DNA from: Octopus sinensis
Taxonomy: Eukaryota
Assembly: GCF_006345805.1 (NCBI RefSeq)
Contig: NW_021831856.1
Span: forward strand, 2,695-66,694
DNA length: 64,000 bases
Direction: 5' to 3'
The stretch's first letter is position 1, and the number at the start of each line of letters is the position of its first letter. Shown piece by piece: positions 12,115 through 25,054 of this stretch. The notes below the pieces were generated by a model. The model had not been told where the DNA came from, did not search any database, and was given only the letters and a program-made list of their open reading frames with translations. The translations under genes and the position numbers were made by a program.

Positions 12115-12992
12115 ATTCATAAATGAGGGTGAAAAATTAGATATTAATTTAATAATACCATCAGTTTAACACCAAGTGGCCTAGCACATAAAAAAACCAG
12201 GGAGACAGTACAAATTATACGTAAATATAAGAGAGTTAACGTTAAGTGGTTAACTCTAGTGCTAGAAATAGCTCCTTATTCTGGTATAGCCACCGAAATT
12301 GTTTCCACAAAAGAAATAACATTACCTTCAACGTAAGGAAAGCGAAATACAACGAAAAGATAGATTAATGCTGAACAATTGTTTCTTTATCAACATAATA
12401 TGCAATTATACTCACATATTTGTCTATAAGTCATCGGCAGCATTTGTCCTCGATTCAATTTATCAGACCCTCACGGGCGATAAATACCCGTGCGGTCTGA
12501 TCGATTGCATACATAGTTGTGGTTTAGCTTCCCCGCCAAAAAGCATGCTAAGACTTAGTGGAAACTGATACTGCATATAATATTTGCTGCAGCATATTAA
12601 ATTTATAAATTCATAAATGAGGGTGAAAAATTAGATATTAATTTAATAATACCATCAGTTTAACACCAAGTGGCCTAGCACATAAAAAACCAGGGAGACA
12701 GTACAAATTTATACGTAAATATAAGAGAGTTAACGTTAAGTGGTTAACTCTAGTGCTAGAAATAGCTCCTTATTCTGGTATAGCCACCGAAGTTGTTTCC
12801 ACAAAAGAAATAACATTTTATGTGCTAGGCCACTTGGTGTTAAACTGATGGTATTATTAAATTAATTTCTAATTTTTCACCCTCATTTATGAATTTATAA
12901 ATTTAATATGCTGCAGCAAATATTATATGCAGTATCAGTTTCCACTAAGTCTTAGCATGCTTTTTGGCGGGGAAGCTAAACCACAACTATGT
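12115..12992. repeat. Composite direct plus inverted duplication
   Basis: Direct repeat of about 210 bp (12115-12323 and 12609-12817), and a 177-bp inverted repeat (12511-12687 vs 12816-12992) with one mismatch seen. Confidence 0.9.
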
Positions 12993-14058
12993 CTGTCTAC
13001 ATACATACGTATGTAGACATACATACATACATACGTATGTAGACATACATACATACATATATACATACATACATGTATGTATTATGTATAATGAAAGTTA
13101 AAACAAAGTTTGTTTATAAAATATTTAATTACATTATCTTATGCGTAGGTGATTTACCATGAAAAATATCAGCCATTAAAAAGTAGACCTTATTAAGTCG
13201 TTTGCTTTGTGCTGTTAAATCTCCTGAAGTTGAGTTAATCTCATTAGAGTCCTTCTGTATTCTCACTCTGCACTTCCGACACTGTTATGGTATGGGCTAT
13301 CACAATCACAACTACAACGATATATTGAATGTGTGTGTGGATGTGTGGATGTGTGTGTGAGTGTGTATGTATATACATATACATATGCTTACCCATTTAC
13401 ATGCATGGACTTGAAGTGTATGTTTGGGTCATTTTTGTTTATTTGTCTGTGTGGACAGGGAGCGCTTTACATGCTTATAGTGATGTATATAATACGAACT
13501 GGTTCCTGTTTACTATATTGCTGCTTCTAGCCACTCCGAAATGACATTTCCCAAATGCTTTCTGTTTCTTCTCTTTGTTTAAATCTCATCTAATTAACTC
13601 GTATATTCAATTTCTGTAACCTAATCATATTCCTATCATTGTATTGTTTTCTACATCACACAGCAGAATATAGATGTTGCGTCGAACAAACAAACGAATG
13701 AACGAACTACTGCAATAAGATCCACACTGAGATACCACTAATATACTGTACTTAAATATGAGCCAGATATTATATTGTTTTATTGCCCTACTTCTCTATA
13801 TTTTCTTCTGTTAGGTGAAAGAAGAATCATTAACATGAAAACCAAATTCGATTATAAAAATTGTGGTAAAATGATGACACCAAAACCATTGTTTTTGAAA
13901 ATATTCATTCTTCTGTATTGTTGTATAATATGCCTGTCAAAATATAATGATTTGATTTATTGCAATTGTTTATAACATGTTAATATCATACTTTCAATTA
14001 TTTCAGCATAAATTTATATGGTATATTGGTTTGTGTGAGGGGATAGTATTTGTGCATA

Positions 14059-14135
<77 letters not shown>

Positions 14136-14147
14136 GCGCGTGAGTGA

Positions 14148-14212
<65 letters not shown>

Positions 14213-14218
<6 letters not shown>

Positions 14219-15060
14219 TGAGTAAATTGTCGCCACTATATAGTTTTAAGTTCGAGCATTCGCATAGTTCGTTTTTAATTTTATCGACTACACAGTATAG
14301 TAGGATCAGTTGGGCACCGTCTGTGGGAAAAACAGCACTATGACGCAATTCACTCTCCCTGAAATTTGGAAACGACATGCTGTACTGTTTGACATTCGTG
14401 CCAGAAGCTCCAATAGGAACATTTCAGAGTGTTTGTGTGTCAATCTGAGGACATGTACTGAGAGCGATAAAAATCAAACATCTAGTCAACATCATGGTGT
14501 TTGGAGTGATCGCTAGTGACGGCGAGCTTACGCCTCCATTCATCATCCCACGGGGCCTCAGACTCAACACGAAAGGCCTACATTAAGTGCCTGGAGGAGC
14601 TAGTGCTGCCCTGGGTGAAGCGGGTGACATCTAGGAGACCATATGTCTGGCAACACGATACTACACCATACCATATAGGCAGGACAATTTCTGCGACCCC
14701 ATCACCCCAAATATCTGGCCACATAACTTCCGAGACTACAACCGTCTTAATTATTACGTGTGGGGTGCATTTGACCGAGAGGCCAACAAAACTCCTTGTA
14801 ACACCAAAGATGAACTAAAGGGAAGGATCATGGCAGCATTCACCGACTTAAAAAAGGTGATCGTCCAGGAGAGTTGCAGGAGATTCCGAAGTTGTCTGGG
14901 GGCCATGGTTGAAGCTAATGGCGATTTTGTTAAATAATCTATTCTTTAGTATGTCAAGAAAGTCTATGTAATTTTGGTCAATATATCTATTAAAATGAGA
15001 TGTCAGTGTTACTTTCATTTTTTCGTAATTTAGACGACAATTTATTCACTGCACACTGTA
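14213..15060 (+). mobile_element. Internally deleted, decayed IS630-Tc1-mariner element (maT/DD37D-like or related)
   Basis: Fragments MTQFTLPEIWKRHAV, KAYIKCLEELVLPWVKRV..RPYVWQHDTTPYH, P.IWP.NF.DYN.LNYYVWG, CNTKDELK.RIMAAF. Terminal remnants with the GTAAATTGTCG / CGACAATTTATTCACTG..CTGTA pair. Confidence 0.75.
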
Positions 15061-15299
15061 TATATATGTGTGTGTGTGTTTGTGTGTGTATGTATATATT
15101 TATATGCGTGTTCCTGTGTGTGAGCGTGTATGGATGTAAATGTGTGCATATGTGTGTGTGTGTATACATATATAATATGTAATAATACAAATTACATATG
15201 TATTGTTATATAGATTTAATATTAAATATATTGTATATATGTATGTACATACACATGCGTGTGTATCTGTGATTGCGTGTATGTGTGTGCGTGTGCGTT

Positions 15300-15354
<55 letters not shown>

Positions 15355-16455
15355 GTGAGTCTGTTTCTACGAGGTTCGTCAGTGTGTATTTCTTTGGAGT
15401 CTTTCTTAAATGAAATTTCTGATTTTACTTCAGCGGTAAACGGACATCCTTCGACCAGAGGATAGCCGAATTAGAGCTCTTAAGGCCATGAGCAAAGTGG
15501 CTGGTCATGGCCAATTTGACTTTGCTGAAATGTAGGTATTCGAAATGTTCTCTGTCATCAGCGCTACACTCATAGTCGTACTGTCCGTCAAGAAATCACA
15601 GTGTTCGTCTGTTGTCACACTGTGCCGTGCTGTGTGTTATACGTCACGGTGTGACTGTTTAATTCGTTAGGGTGTGTTGTTTTTTACTATACGTTTGGTA
15701 CAGTTTTATTCTTCGTCAAACACCGTGGATCATTACGTCACACCAAGATTGTTCTTTTGTACGTTATGTTCTATCATTTTTCATACGTATTAACGTGCTG
15801 TTCCTGATTCTACGTCACCTCATCTCGTATATTTTACGTCATACTGTATTGTTATTACGTATATTTTTCATCAAACGCTGTTTGCTACATTATGCCGAAG
15901 GTAATTCTCTGCGTTACGTTCATTTGTTCTTTCTTCGTCTCACTGCCGATCACTGTTCTATTGCACATCAAATTATTTCTATTACGTCCCGCCGTGCTGT
16001 ACATTATGTTTCTTCCACGTTCCGTCATGTTCATCATTGCACCTTCGTCACGCTATGATGATCACCTATTTTCCGTTGCATTGATATTGGATCAATTCTT
16101 TTCTCTCACGTCACGTTTGATGTCCCCGTCTGTATTCTACGTTACAATGTACACTGATCTATGTTGCGTCTTATCCTCACTCTATTACATTGATCTTTTG
16201 CACAATTTCACTTATGTTACTAAGTTACACTGTCTTATTCATCCTTCGTCATATCATACCTTTCATTTTTCTCTACACTATAGAATACTGTATCCTACTT
16301 CATGTTGTCTATGTAGATATATTTCTACGACGTTATGTTAATATGTTTATTCTAAGTACTGTCTCGCTGTCACAATTTCGTTTCGCCGTGTGCCGTTTCC
16401 AAGTATTTCACAGTCCTTTTCTGTTACGTCAAAAAATTGTATCATAACATCATGT

Positions 16456-16486
<31 letters not shown>

Positions 16487-17492
16487 CATACATTTGTATA
16501 TATGATGCAGCTTCACTGCGTTACACCTAACTGTTCACTATGCCACAACGTGGATCTTCTTTGTGTGATGTAAACTTGTTTTGTTCGGAGTATGAACTGA
16601 CTGTTAATTAGTTCCATATATTTTTGTTTTTCTGTTATTTTCCGGATTGTATTCAGTGCGTCACGTGTGACTTTTCTTTAAGTATCTTATTTATTCCACG
16701 TCGTCTAGTGATGTTTTTCATTCGTCAAGTCTCATATTTTATTTTTTTATCATGTCAATTTATATTACGTCATGTCCAAATGTTCCTTTCATGGTATGTA
16801 ATTCTCTTTAATTCTTTACTCTATGCATTTTGAAAATTTGATATTTCATTTCTGTTCTAAATAATCTTATTCATTCTACGACATGCCGTACTGTTTCTTT
16901 ACATGCTCCTCCCTTTTTTTTTCAATATCTTTTATTGTTTCACTGCGTCAAAGTTTGATTACATCGTGTTCACCAAGACAAAGGCATGTTTCTTCACATG
17001 TGACACATGGATTTATCCTTTTTTTGTTACTTTTAGAGCACCCTGTAAACGTACACCCTATCAGCATAGCATGGCTATGTATTCTATATCATACCGTGAT
17101 GCTATGTACATCTTGTCAAAACGGATTTAGCTTATCTCTAAATTACGCTATATTCACACGTTCTAAAGAGTGCCTTATGTGCTACATTCGCCACTCTTCC
17201 AATATTTCACCTTGCAGATGTTTACAATTAACGCACCCAACTCTAACGTCACAGTGCTTCAACATATGTGTACATACATGAATGCATACATAGATAGATA
17301 CATACATACATATATACGTACATACATATATATGTATAAATTAATACACGCGTGCATACGTAATTCATACAGACATACTTAGATGCATACATATGTAAAG
17401 ACATATATATATACATGCATAAATTCATACTTACAAACGCACATGCATATGTACAAACATGCGTACGTACTTACAGCCTCAACGTGTATATA

Positions 17493-18625
17493 CAGTTGCG
17501 GCCAAAATGTTCAGAACGGCATTGTTTTTGTCAGAAAAGTAGATATAATTTTTAATAGAACTTGTGTTATTTTCTATAATTTTCACAGACAATAAATACG
17601 ATATTAATTGTTATTGTCTGAGATTTTGGTGTAATTTGAGAGGATAATACAAAAGTTATGGATGATTTAGTGATTTACTGCCAAACCCACGGCGGCCAAG
17701 ATGATCAGAACGGTTGCTTTTACTTCATGTTTTACTATATTTAACCGGTGAACTCTAATGCTTTGAATTTGTTTACTCGACGGTTTATTTACTAAACATT
17801 AGTAAGAGTATCTGCAGTGTACTTTGTTAATATAATGCCACTTACTCCGTTACTAATTCGTCAGCAGATTATTAAGCTTCGAAAGAAGGATAATTTAAGT
17901 ATTGGGTCTATTGCAAAGATTGTTAACAAGTGAAAAAGTGTTGTTCACGGTATTCTTAAGGTCTACGATGATTGTGGTTCGTGTGAAGCAAGAAAGTCTA
18001 CAGGTAGGCCATGAAAAACGACCAACAGAGAAGATCGTGCTATGGTAAAGTTGGTTAAAAAGGACAGATTTAAAACTGCTGCTGCTGTTTCTCTGGAAAT
18101 GTGCATTGTACTGAAGAAAACTTTATTTCGAAAAACTGTGTGTTGTCGTTTAGTTGAACATGACCTACAAGCAAGAGCACCTGCAGTGAAGCCACTAATC
18201 AGCTCCAAGAATAAAAAATGTCGTCTTACCTTTGCAACCGAACATATGTTGTGGTCTCAAGAAAAATGGCAAACGGTGCATTTCCGGGATGAATCTAAAT
18301 TTGTTATTTGGGTCAGATGGGAAAAGGTACGTTTGTCAAAAAGTAGGTGAAAAATTGTCGCCTAAATGCCTTAAGACTAGTGTTAAATTCGGTGGAGGAA
18401 GTGTCATGGTTTGGGGGATGATATCTGGAGATGGTGTGGGCCCTTTGGTGCGATTACATGGAAAGGTAAATGCAGGAGTTTATAAACAACTTGTAAAAGA
18501 TCATGTCTTGCCTGTGCTGAGAAATTCAACTAAGCGATCACCCATATTCATGCAGGACAATGCCCCATGTCACAAGGCTAAGGTGGTCATGAACTTTCTC
18601 AAGGCTAAAAGATTATTGTTAATAT
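17493..18625 (+). mobile_element. 3'-truncated Tc1-family (DD34E-type) transposon with a decayed transposase
   Basis: TA|CAGTTGCGGCCAAAATGTTCAGAACG terminus. ORF from ATG 17835 with stops: MPLTP..GRP*KTT.REDR, F.DESKF, GGGSVMVWG, GPLVRLHGKVNA, FMQDNAPCHKAK. It breaks off before the WP..SPDLNPIE motif. Confidence 0.88.
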
Positions 18626-18880
18626 AGCCACTGAAAAGTGGCTATATTTTTAAATCGAATTCATTTTAAATCGAATTTATTTTAATAGTATCGATTTTAT
18701 CATTATCGATTTAAAGATATAGTCCCCAAATGCGCGGAGTCAGTTTAATGTTTCTTTAATTTATTGATTTTTAAAAAATATATATTATAGTATATTTAAT
18801 TTTTTCTATATATGGATAATGTCTTTCACAATCGAATTGCTTTATAGAAGATATTTCTCTTAATAATATATGTGCATGAA

Positions 18881-18916
<36 letters not shown>

Positions 18917-18926
18917 TGTATGTATG

Positions 18927-18958
<32 letters not shown>

Positions 18959-19009
18959 ATATTATATATATATATATATGTATGTATGTATGTATATATA
19001 TATATATAT

Positions 19010-19067
<58 letters not shown>

Positions 19068-19275
19068 CATACACTAGAATACACAAACATTCGCAAACGT
19101 GTTCTGAAATCTAACAATTCCCATGCAAACATACACTCACAGAAGCACGAATGCATATTACAAAATACGTCAGAGGACACACACACACACTACGGAGATG
19201 TACCTGCATTGCAAGTAACATGATCTAAGATCGTGTGCTGAAGCAAAAACAATTGCAATGAGGAAGATGCCTGTC

Positions 19276-19439
19276 AGCCATTTAAGGCCAAAAAAAACGT
19301 CAGTTTCACTTCAACATTTAAATTAAATTTGTGTCAAAATATTTTCATCGCTTCCAAACCGCGACCTGTTCATTGACAACATTTTGTGTATTTAAATGTT
19401 GAAGTGAAACTAACGGTTTTTGTGAGTTCTTAAATGGCT
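19276..19439. mobile_element. Small MITE-like inverted-repeat element
   Basis: AGCCATTTAAG..AAAACGTCAGTTTCACTTCAACATTTAAAT is mirrored by ATTTAAATGTTGAAGTGAAACTAACGGTTTT..CTTAAATGGCT. Confidence 0.65.
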
Positions 19440-19583
19440 TACAAACATCTCCACGATGCAATTGTTTATATAACTGATATATTTATTCTATACACATTAA
19501 CACAAATTCGGTAAACATATATATATATATATATATAGATAGATAGATAGATAGATAGATAAATACACACATATGTGCCTGTA

Positions 19584-19627
<44 letters not shown>

Positions 19628-20421
19628 CAAATTAGTTACCACTCTATCTCAAGGAGCTAAAAGCCAAATGAGCTAAGCAGGACATAATAGACCTAGCTGC
19701 TAACCCATGGCAACCCACATCAGTTAGAAGCCTCTATTCCTGCCATTTTCTAACTAGTTCTTTATATTTCAAGCTCTTCCTTTCATGTAACCGGTCCCAT
19801 GCTTTCGATGAACAGAAAATCTAAGTGGAGTTTTCTTATGGATCATTTATACTCGATTTCAATCACTAATATTCAGCTGCTATATAAAGCAGTTATAAAT
19901 TAGGCTATAGCTTTGGTGGATTGCTTAGCTTATATAATTGTGCTTTTGACGAGTCGTCTTTAACAGATATATTATGCATAAAACAGTGTGAGTCAGAAAC
20001 ACTGAAATAAATATAAATATTAGAAGACCTGAATTTAAGAGAAACATTTAGCATGTAGACACATTTTTCTCTACCTGTGATGCGCAGAAAACAAAAGAGA
20101 AGTGTCATGCCTGACCGTTTTACGGTTTGTTAAGCGCTCATACATACATACATGCATTCATACATACATATATAAATACATACATACATGCATACATACA
20201 TACATACATAATTACAAAAATACATACATACAACAGTCTTTGAATTGAAGTTCGCACTTATATATAACACATACAGAGACATGTGCGCATAAAACACACA
20301 TACACGTACATGATGACTTTGTGCACTTGGTCGATCTCGTGATTAATATTGAATTATTTTCTATATCCTTATCTCTTTCTATACAAAAGCTCTTGGCAGT
20401 ATCGGTACAATCGCCACAGGA

Positions 20422-20422
<1 letters not shown>

Positions 20423-20464
<42 letters not shown>

Positions 20465-20550
20465 TGTAGTAGTAGTAGCTGTGGTGGAGGTGCCGTCGGT
20501 GGTGGTGGTGGTGGTAGTGTAGGTGGTGGTATTGGTGGTAGTTGTGGCTG
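20423..20550 (+). repeat. (TAG)n / (GGT)n trinucleotide microsatellite
   Basis: Visible runs; these are the source of the poly-Ser, poly-Gly and poly-Thr ORFs in the track. Confidence 0.9.
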
Positions 20551-23140
20551 AGTAAATTATGTCACTTAATCCGATTGGTTTGTTGGGAAACCCTTTAAAG
20601 TTTTCTATCTTAACTAAATATACATTGCAAGACAGAGTAACTAATATCCGGATAGTAGAGAAGATGTATGAAATCAGCATTGAGATAAACGGCTTGTCAA
20701 TTTTCCCGGAAACGATTGAAATACACGTGATCGAAAACAGTTACTCGAGAGAAGAAAAAACACATTGATCGAAGTACAACAATTAATCGAATTATAAATA
20801 AATATTCGAAGTACAGAAAATTGCTTAAAGGAAAATAGATTTTATTTTTTATTGCTATACAATATATAATCTCAAGTTATGAATGATTGCGAAGATATAA
20901 GTGTATGTGTGTGTACCTGTCGTGTTTATATTTAACAGTCTTGAACACTAGTTTCTAAATCGTTAAACATAAGCATAACAAGCTCAGACACATATAAGAA
21001 ATTATTTTATATTCTATTGTAATTTTTATAGTAAATTAGATATGAGATATTAAATAATTATATATACATACACACACACAGACACACACACACATATATA
21101 TATATATATGCATATAATGTTAATATAACATATATAGATTATATACTAATATATCATATTATATATCATATTATTTTATAGTCGTATTTTATATTTTGCG
21201 AGTTAGCAGGACCCTGTTTCTATAATTGGTATTACAGCCGATCATTTTCTATCAATTGCTTTCTTAGTGAGACAGTCAATGTTAGCTCAATCACCCATAA
21301 GAGTGTTATAGTTCCCTCAGCTATACTCGTGTAGATTTAGTTTAACTCAATATTGAAAGGTAGCCGAAATCTCTTCAATTTAATAGAATTTCTCGCTATT
21401 CTCTGTGGTAACTCATTGAACAACAATGAATACTTGCCAGCAATTTTCATGAAATGTTGATCATGATTTTCAATATGGCACGAAACAAGAAATATATTGT
21501 TTCAATAATGTAATTTTTTTCATGCACATCTGACCTGACATATTGCGATTTCAACAAGTTATATATAAAATACAAAATATAATATATGCTACTTAAATCT
21601 CCACCATGAGCTGTAATTTTTGAACGATCTCTGAAAATAAATTGCGAAGCACTGTCTCAAAAAACCTTACAATAAGGAAATAAAATCAGAAATAGTAGCC
21701 AAATCCCCCTTAAATGAAAGCGTTCTAACATATTAGATAATACTGTCCTAGACATATTGTATCTAGAAAATTTCATATGCTGGAGCACGTCTTATCATCG
21801 GATAAGATCTATTCGATCAGGGTTGACATTAAGTTCAATAGCTGCAGCAGTTGTCATTCACGTAACCAGTCGTCATTCACGTGCGAGTAAGACTTGGTAA
21901 CGTAATTCATGCGTATGCTCGTCGATTTCGGTGCCTAGGTTGTCATGAGCAGTCAGGGAAGTCCTTTGAGGAATCCTCTCATTCTTAACCTGGTGGAATA
22001 ACCGGGATGTGACAGCTGGAGTAAAAGAGAGGATTGCACTAGCACGCAACAGGTACTCGTAATATGTTGTCTGATTCAGGAATTCAAGTCAGAAATTATG
22101 ATCATAAGTTAATACCTCATCCAAAAAATGAAAATGAACTTAAATTATAGCAAATTCTACAGATAGTCGAAAATTGGCAAGTTGCGCTGGCAATGTAGGT
22201 TCTATTTCATGTAATACTTTTACATTTCGTTTAAAACTAAACAGTTATCAAATCGGCCTAATAAAAGCCTTTGAAAAACGGAAATAGAGCATCCGTCGAT
22301 CGCTGCTACTGCTTTGATATGTTGATGTAAGCAGACTTACTATGAATGATGCGAAGGACAAGTAAATCTATTAGTGCTCCATTTTTACACAGTACAATGA
22401 TATTCTATTGCATCAGGAGAATTGAGGGAGAATTGGTCTAATGTCGTACCTAGTGTCTTGATATTAAAATACCAATATTGAGAGTAGCCACCATCCTCAA
22501 TCCACAGTTGAAGGGAATATATAACACTTGTCCAACAGTTTTGCCTGGCTTTAGAATTCAGCATAAACCTAGATGAGTAGCCTAGATAGATTGCTACCAT
22601 TTGTCCAAGATGTTATCTCGAGTCTCCTGGGGAAAGGGGCAACTTAATATCCCTTTTACAGGTTGGCTTCTATAACTTAAGGCAAAGACCTTTCACAAAT
22701 AACAGGAAAGTACAACATTCGTTGGCGATCCAGTGAACTATAACGATTATAAAATTGAACAATATCGAGTGTTTTTTTTTATAGATAATAATCACTTATT
22801 AATGTCCATAATTCATGATACTGTTTCGATTTCGTTTGTAAGCTATAAACATAATCTTAGTTCCGTAGTTATAAATTGGTAATAAATTTGTAATCTTAGC
22901 TTAAACAATTAATTATATTTAAGAAAAGAGATGCTGCACTGTTATATTTTTGAGGTAAGTACACACACACACACACTCACACACAAACTCACAAACACAC
23001 ATCTTTCCAACAGCTTTTGATTTGAAAAGTTAAAATTAATTACTGGCGAGATCTTTCCACTTAATTTGATAAAATTTTAGTAACCAGACATTTTTTCCCT
23101 ACACTGGTTTCTTTACACTTAGTTTTACTTACGATTTTAG

Positions 23141-23246
23141 CGGCAAGAAAAAACGTAGTGACATATCAAGTGACGACATCAGACGTTCAACTCTGGCTCA
23201 AAGACTGATCCGATTTGCAGCAGAGAGACCTGCAAAGACTGAGTAA
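23141..23246 (+). CDS. Neuropeptide precursor, last coding exon C: (S)GKKKR-SDISSDDIRRSTLAQRLIRFAAERPAKTE*
   Basis: Acceptor TTTTACTTACGATTTTAG|C. The first base completes the AG left by exon A or B to give AGC (Ser), followed in frame by GGC AAG AAA AAA CGT (G-KKKR). Stop TAA at 23244-23246; a donor ATG|GTGAGG follows at 23258/23259. Confidence 0.8.
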
Positions 23247-25054
23247 TCTAAAGAAATGGTGAGGCATTTGATTTCTTTCTTTCTCTGTCTGTCTGTCTCT
23301 CTCTTTCTCTCACTCTCGCTCTCTGAAATTTCTTTATTTATTTCACTGTTTTAAAATGAAAGCTGTCCAGTTTTTATATTTACATATTTACAGTCACTTA
23401 GATTTAGAAACATTACAAAACTCATCCATGTTAGAACTTCGAGTTTTAGTCAATACATCGGACTTGGTGCAGCTGATTAACTGAATAGAATAGCTCCTTA
23501 GTATGTTAGATTAGTAGACTATAATTTGTAGATTAGTGAATTTGGATAAAGATAGATAAAAATTTAGGATCGATGGCAAGTTGAAGAATCGAAGCAGGTT
23601 GCAATAAATCCTATGCAGGTTCTAAATCATTAAAATACAGCGGTAACGATGATTATGGTAGCGACGACAACGACGACGACGACAATGATTAATATGTTGA
23701 TTAAGATGATGATGATGATGATGATGTAAATCACGTGAACTAAGGGAAGGAAACAGTATAAGACTACTGCTTTGGTAATCTAAGAAAAGTTTAAAAGTAA
23801 GGTTAACAACAACGGAAGCAGACTTTCACTGTTTCTCTTACGTTGTGTATTATTGCTGGAATGATGTTAGTATATTACAAAGAGGAAGCATCTAAGTAGT
23901 GGTTTTATCAACTACAGATGTCAACCAAATCTTCTTCGAACCACACTCCATCGTTTTATATAAGTGAGACTACATGAAATAATGTAGTCCTAGATAATCG
24001 TAGAAAAAGAGGGTCATAGTTGAAGTGTCTTTGATCATATGTCTGCTCAACAACAATTGATTTGAAGTTACACAAAATAGTCCATCTTAGAAAAGTGCCT
24101 GCAGCGTTTCTGGAAGTTTACAGAACTTACGATAATGAACAGGATGATAGAAAGAAATACGTCACACATTGCCCTGTGTAAAAACAGTAAGCTATGCAAC
24201 TAAAGAGGATAGGAACACAGCGAGTTGGCTTCGATTCTAGGTTGTAGCCATTTCACTACATCTTTATCGATTAGGTCTTTGATAATGAACTCTCCATAAG
24301 CTCAATGCCTTTCTCTTTAATGAAGAATTGTTTGAATTGACAGTATTCCATTGCTAGTACCTCTTCGACTCCATGAAGGCGAAATACAAAGAAGAATCTA
24401 TGTAGACTTGGACTTAATGGATTGAGGAATGAGGAATATGCGAGGGAAGTTTATGACTGACTTCTTTGATTTCCAGTGTACAGGGATTTCGAGGAAAGTT
24501 GACAGTTCACATACAAAGAAAAGAAACATCATCGATAAAAATAATAATATTTTAAAAAGATAATTTAAAATATGTTTTATTGATTGTAATTAAAAAATAG
24601 TAACAATAAAAGATGCAACAACTGAATAACAAATTAAGTTTATTCTTTTAATGAGCATTGCTTTTGTTCGTTTATTTCATTTCTATTTATACTTTTTTGG
24701 CGCTCGTGCATTTAGATATACAACCAGAAGTATGTATGTGTAATTCTTTTTTTTTAAATTAAGTATATTCACAAAAGTAGATTGCAAAACTTTGTTTGTC
24801 ATAGTAGGTCACAAACAGGTGATATAGCTAACAATTGAACAACTATATGTATGTAACATTAGGTATACACTTCACATTTGCATATCACTATTTTGTGCTT
24901 TTAGCTGAATTACTTGACACATGTCCTTAGTGGGTATTGATGAATAAATTCATAGATATTGAATACCAATGTGCTAATGGATTTACTAAATTTTATTGTT
25001 TACTAAGTATGTAATCCAATAGATGCAGGTGAAACTTAACGAGCAAAAATATTA

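Noticed and set aside
22385-22600. Minus-strand ORF with a WYFNIKTL motif resembling an RTE endonuclease start
   Set aside because: A single short motif is too little to call; possibly a very old LINE remnant.
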